A stretch of 59,362 nt of DNA, filler included. It is 6 parts of 6 records of this genome, joined end to end, with 100 filler letters (N's around TTAATTAATTAA, not from the genome) between each part and the next. Parts side by side here need not be neighbours in the genome. Positions count along the whole stretch, not along the records: positions 54,235 to 59,362 come from SRR31156797_16667; 5 more parts are not named here. One strand, given 5' to 3'. The translations under genes were made by a program, and so were the position numbers. Position 1 is the first letter of the stretch; every line of letters begins with the position of its first letter. The notes under the pieces are model-generated. The model saw nothing but the letters and a program-made list of their open reading frames with translations. It made no database searches and was not told where the DNA came from. Positions 57,771-59,362 of this stretch are shown here, piece by piece.

Positions 57771-58580
57771 TTAAAACTTCAAAATGATGTAGGTGATCAG
57801 ATAATAGGAAGGTAGAACCGCTGCGGCCATGTACATCGGATTGACCTTGCGGCCCAGAAATGTAAGGTGTAAGGCATCTTTTTTCGGAGGGCACACTTTT
57901 TCATCCACACATGAATAACAGCCCACGCAATCCTTGCCCCGCGTATTTTCAATTTTTGAAATATTGATATCCATGGGGCAGGAGTTGTCGCACTTGCCGC
58001 ATTGAATGCAATTACTGTCATCCCGCCGTATTTCGGTAAAAGGAAAAAATTTGTTAATAATATTGTAGGCGCCTTTTTGGAAGCACATGTATTTGCAGAA
58101 AAACCGGGGAATAAGAAAGGGGACGAGAAGAACGGCGTATTTCTTTGTTATTATGAAAGCGGTGGTAAAGCCGGTGGCGAAATACATTTCCATGTGGTCG
58201 CCGAAAAAATAATCTATATGGCGACTGAAGATTACGTATAAAAATATGGCCAGGAATACATATTTCAAATAACGCAAGGGGCGATCGATTTTTTCCGGAA
58301 TCCTCAACTGGATGCTGGGGAACAGTTTTTGGCTCACCTTGTTCATGAAATAGCTCAGGTTGCCGAATGGGCAAATCCAACCGCACCAAAAGGGGCCGCA
58401 TATCAGAATCGTGAGCAGCACTGCAAGCTCGGTTTCAAACTCTACTTCAAATCCGAACACCGCCGATGTAAAGCCTCCGAACCAGGGGATAAACAAGAGC
58501 ACGGTCATGAACCTGATAAAATCCCGGACGTCTTTCAAGAGTGTATTATTTGAATTAATAATCTTTTTCATTTTATTCAT
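57771..58580 (-). CDS. Membrane 4Fe-4S binding protein (NapH/MauN/YccM-like)
   Basis: WCGWICPFG, FFCKYMC, CIQCGKCDNSCP, CVGCYSC..VCP; several TM segments. Confidence 0.9.
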   Translation of the reverse strand: MNKMKKIINSNNTLLKDVRDFIRFMTVLLFIPWFGGFTSAVFGFEVEFETELAVLLTILICGPFWCGWICPFGNLSYFMNKVSQKLFPSIQLRIPEKIDRPLRYLKYVFLAIFLYVIFSRHIDYFFGDHMEMYFATGFTTAFIITKKYAVLLVPFLIPRFFCKYMCFQKGAYNIINKFFPFTEIRRDDSNCIQCGKCDNSCPMDINISKIENTRGKDCVGCYSCVDEKVCPPKKDALHLTFLGRKVNPMYMAAAVLPSYYLITYIILKF

Positions 58581-58593
58581 TATTAGTTTGGAG

Positions 58594-59154
58594 TTAATGA
58601 TCGTGGTTTTCGCGGTGGGAAATCGGATATACCTTTCCGTTGAGCGGATCGACCAGGCAGCTGCGTTTGGCCGGCGAATCAGTATTCATCTTGACTAGAT
58701 AAATGAAAAATCCGTCTTCCTCTTCCAACCCGGCGCTGACGGCTTTTAATCCTGTGACTTGTTCGGCTTTGGTTACTGCCTGTCCCAAAGTAATTTTAAT
58801 GTCGCCCGTAAGGTTTTTATATCGGAATCCGGCCAGCCGGTCTTTACTGGTGGACATTATTTTACCGTCCGCCGGATCGACCATGTATTCGTATACGCCT
58901 TCCGGCGTTAATGTTTCAACCTGGTACACAAGCGGGCCGTCGGTGAATGAAAACATCTTGTCTATTTTTTCAAAACGGATTTCATAAACCTTGCCTTTGG
59001 ATTTCTCTTCTACATTACTTATTACTGTCTGTAGGGAGACGCCCGCGCGTCCCCGGGCAATTACACCTGAAAGGCCGTCATGATGGTCTTCGGCAAAGGC
59101 TCCCGTAGTCAGCAAGACTATCAGGCCTACTGCCGGGATGATTGATTTTCTCAT
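58594..59154 (-). CDS. Secreted PepSY-domain protein
   Basis: Signal peptide ending AFA; two PepSY repeats ending VDPADGKI and VDPLNGKV; AGGAGG RBS. Confidence 0.85.
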   Translation of the reverse strand: MRKSIIPAVGLIVLLTTGAFAEDHHDGLSGVIARGRAGVSLQTVISNVEEKSKGKVYEIRFEKIDKMFSFTDGPLVYQVETLTPEGVYEYMVDPADGKIMSTSKDRLAGFRYKNLTGDIKITLGQAVTKAEQVTGLKAVSAGLEEEDGFFIYLVKMNTDSPAKRSCLVDPLNGKVYPISHRENHDH

Positions 59155-59362
59155 TGATTTTCCTCCTTTTAATTAGCTCTTCAACTTGTTGTCGAAAACG
59201 ATAACAAAGGAGGTCTTTCAGAACGCTTTCAGGATAATTACAGTTTTGAAAGAAAAGAATGGTTTAAAATAAGACTATATTGAGACAACTTGTAGTGTAT
59301 TGTCCTAATAGTATATTGTAAAATCGGACGAACTATCCCGTAGGTTGGGTTAGCGTAGCGTA

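Overview
The window is not one locus. It is six sequence blocks joined by five identical 100-nt artificial spacers (44 N + TTAATTAATTAA + 44 N) at 5140-5239, 18009-18108, 35659-35758, 45782-45881 and 54135-54234, so nothing can be inferred about synteny across a spacer. Block 1 (1-5139): sugar-binding protein, URO-D/MtaA-like protein and a YesM/YesN-type two-component pair. Block 2 (5240-18008): a likely sulfoquinovose (SQ) catabolic locus with a YihQ-type GH31 glycosidase, a Gfo/Idh/MocA protein with GH188 (SqgA)-like motifs, a DUF4867 protein, a sugar ABC transporter, a ROK repressor with two matching operators and a transketolase N-terminus, plus a CZB chemoreceptor, AraC, TetR and a URO-D-fold gene. 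Block 3 (18109-35658, alphaproteobacterial-looking): thrC, M16 and M32 peptidases, a radical SAM protein, a GAF-PP2C-kinase/STAS partner-switching module packed into an MlaEFD-PqiC operon, a GapR-like protein, a Cle-like receiver fused to Hpt, a carboxylate-amine ligase and FGase, an MFS transporter and several small orphan ORFs. Block 4 (35759-45781): pseudaminic-acid cluster with deacetylase, formyltransferase and methyltransferase tailoring genes. Block 5 (45882-54134): acyl-CoA dehydrogenase, crotonase, two thiolases, a GcvT-SHMT fusion and an MCP. Block 6 (54235-59362): photolyase, two methyltransferases, TetR, a membrane polyferredoxin and PepSY. No rRNA, tRNA, CRISPR array or transposase was recognised. 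The two best leads are the locus with two different SQ glycosidases and a transketolase, and the phospho-switchable STAS module inside the Mla operon. All calls come from reading motifs by eye; no database search was run, and taxonomic remarks are impressions.
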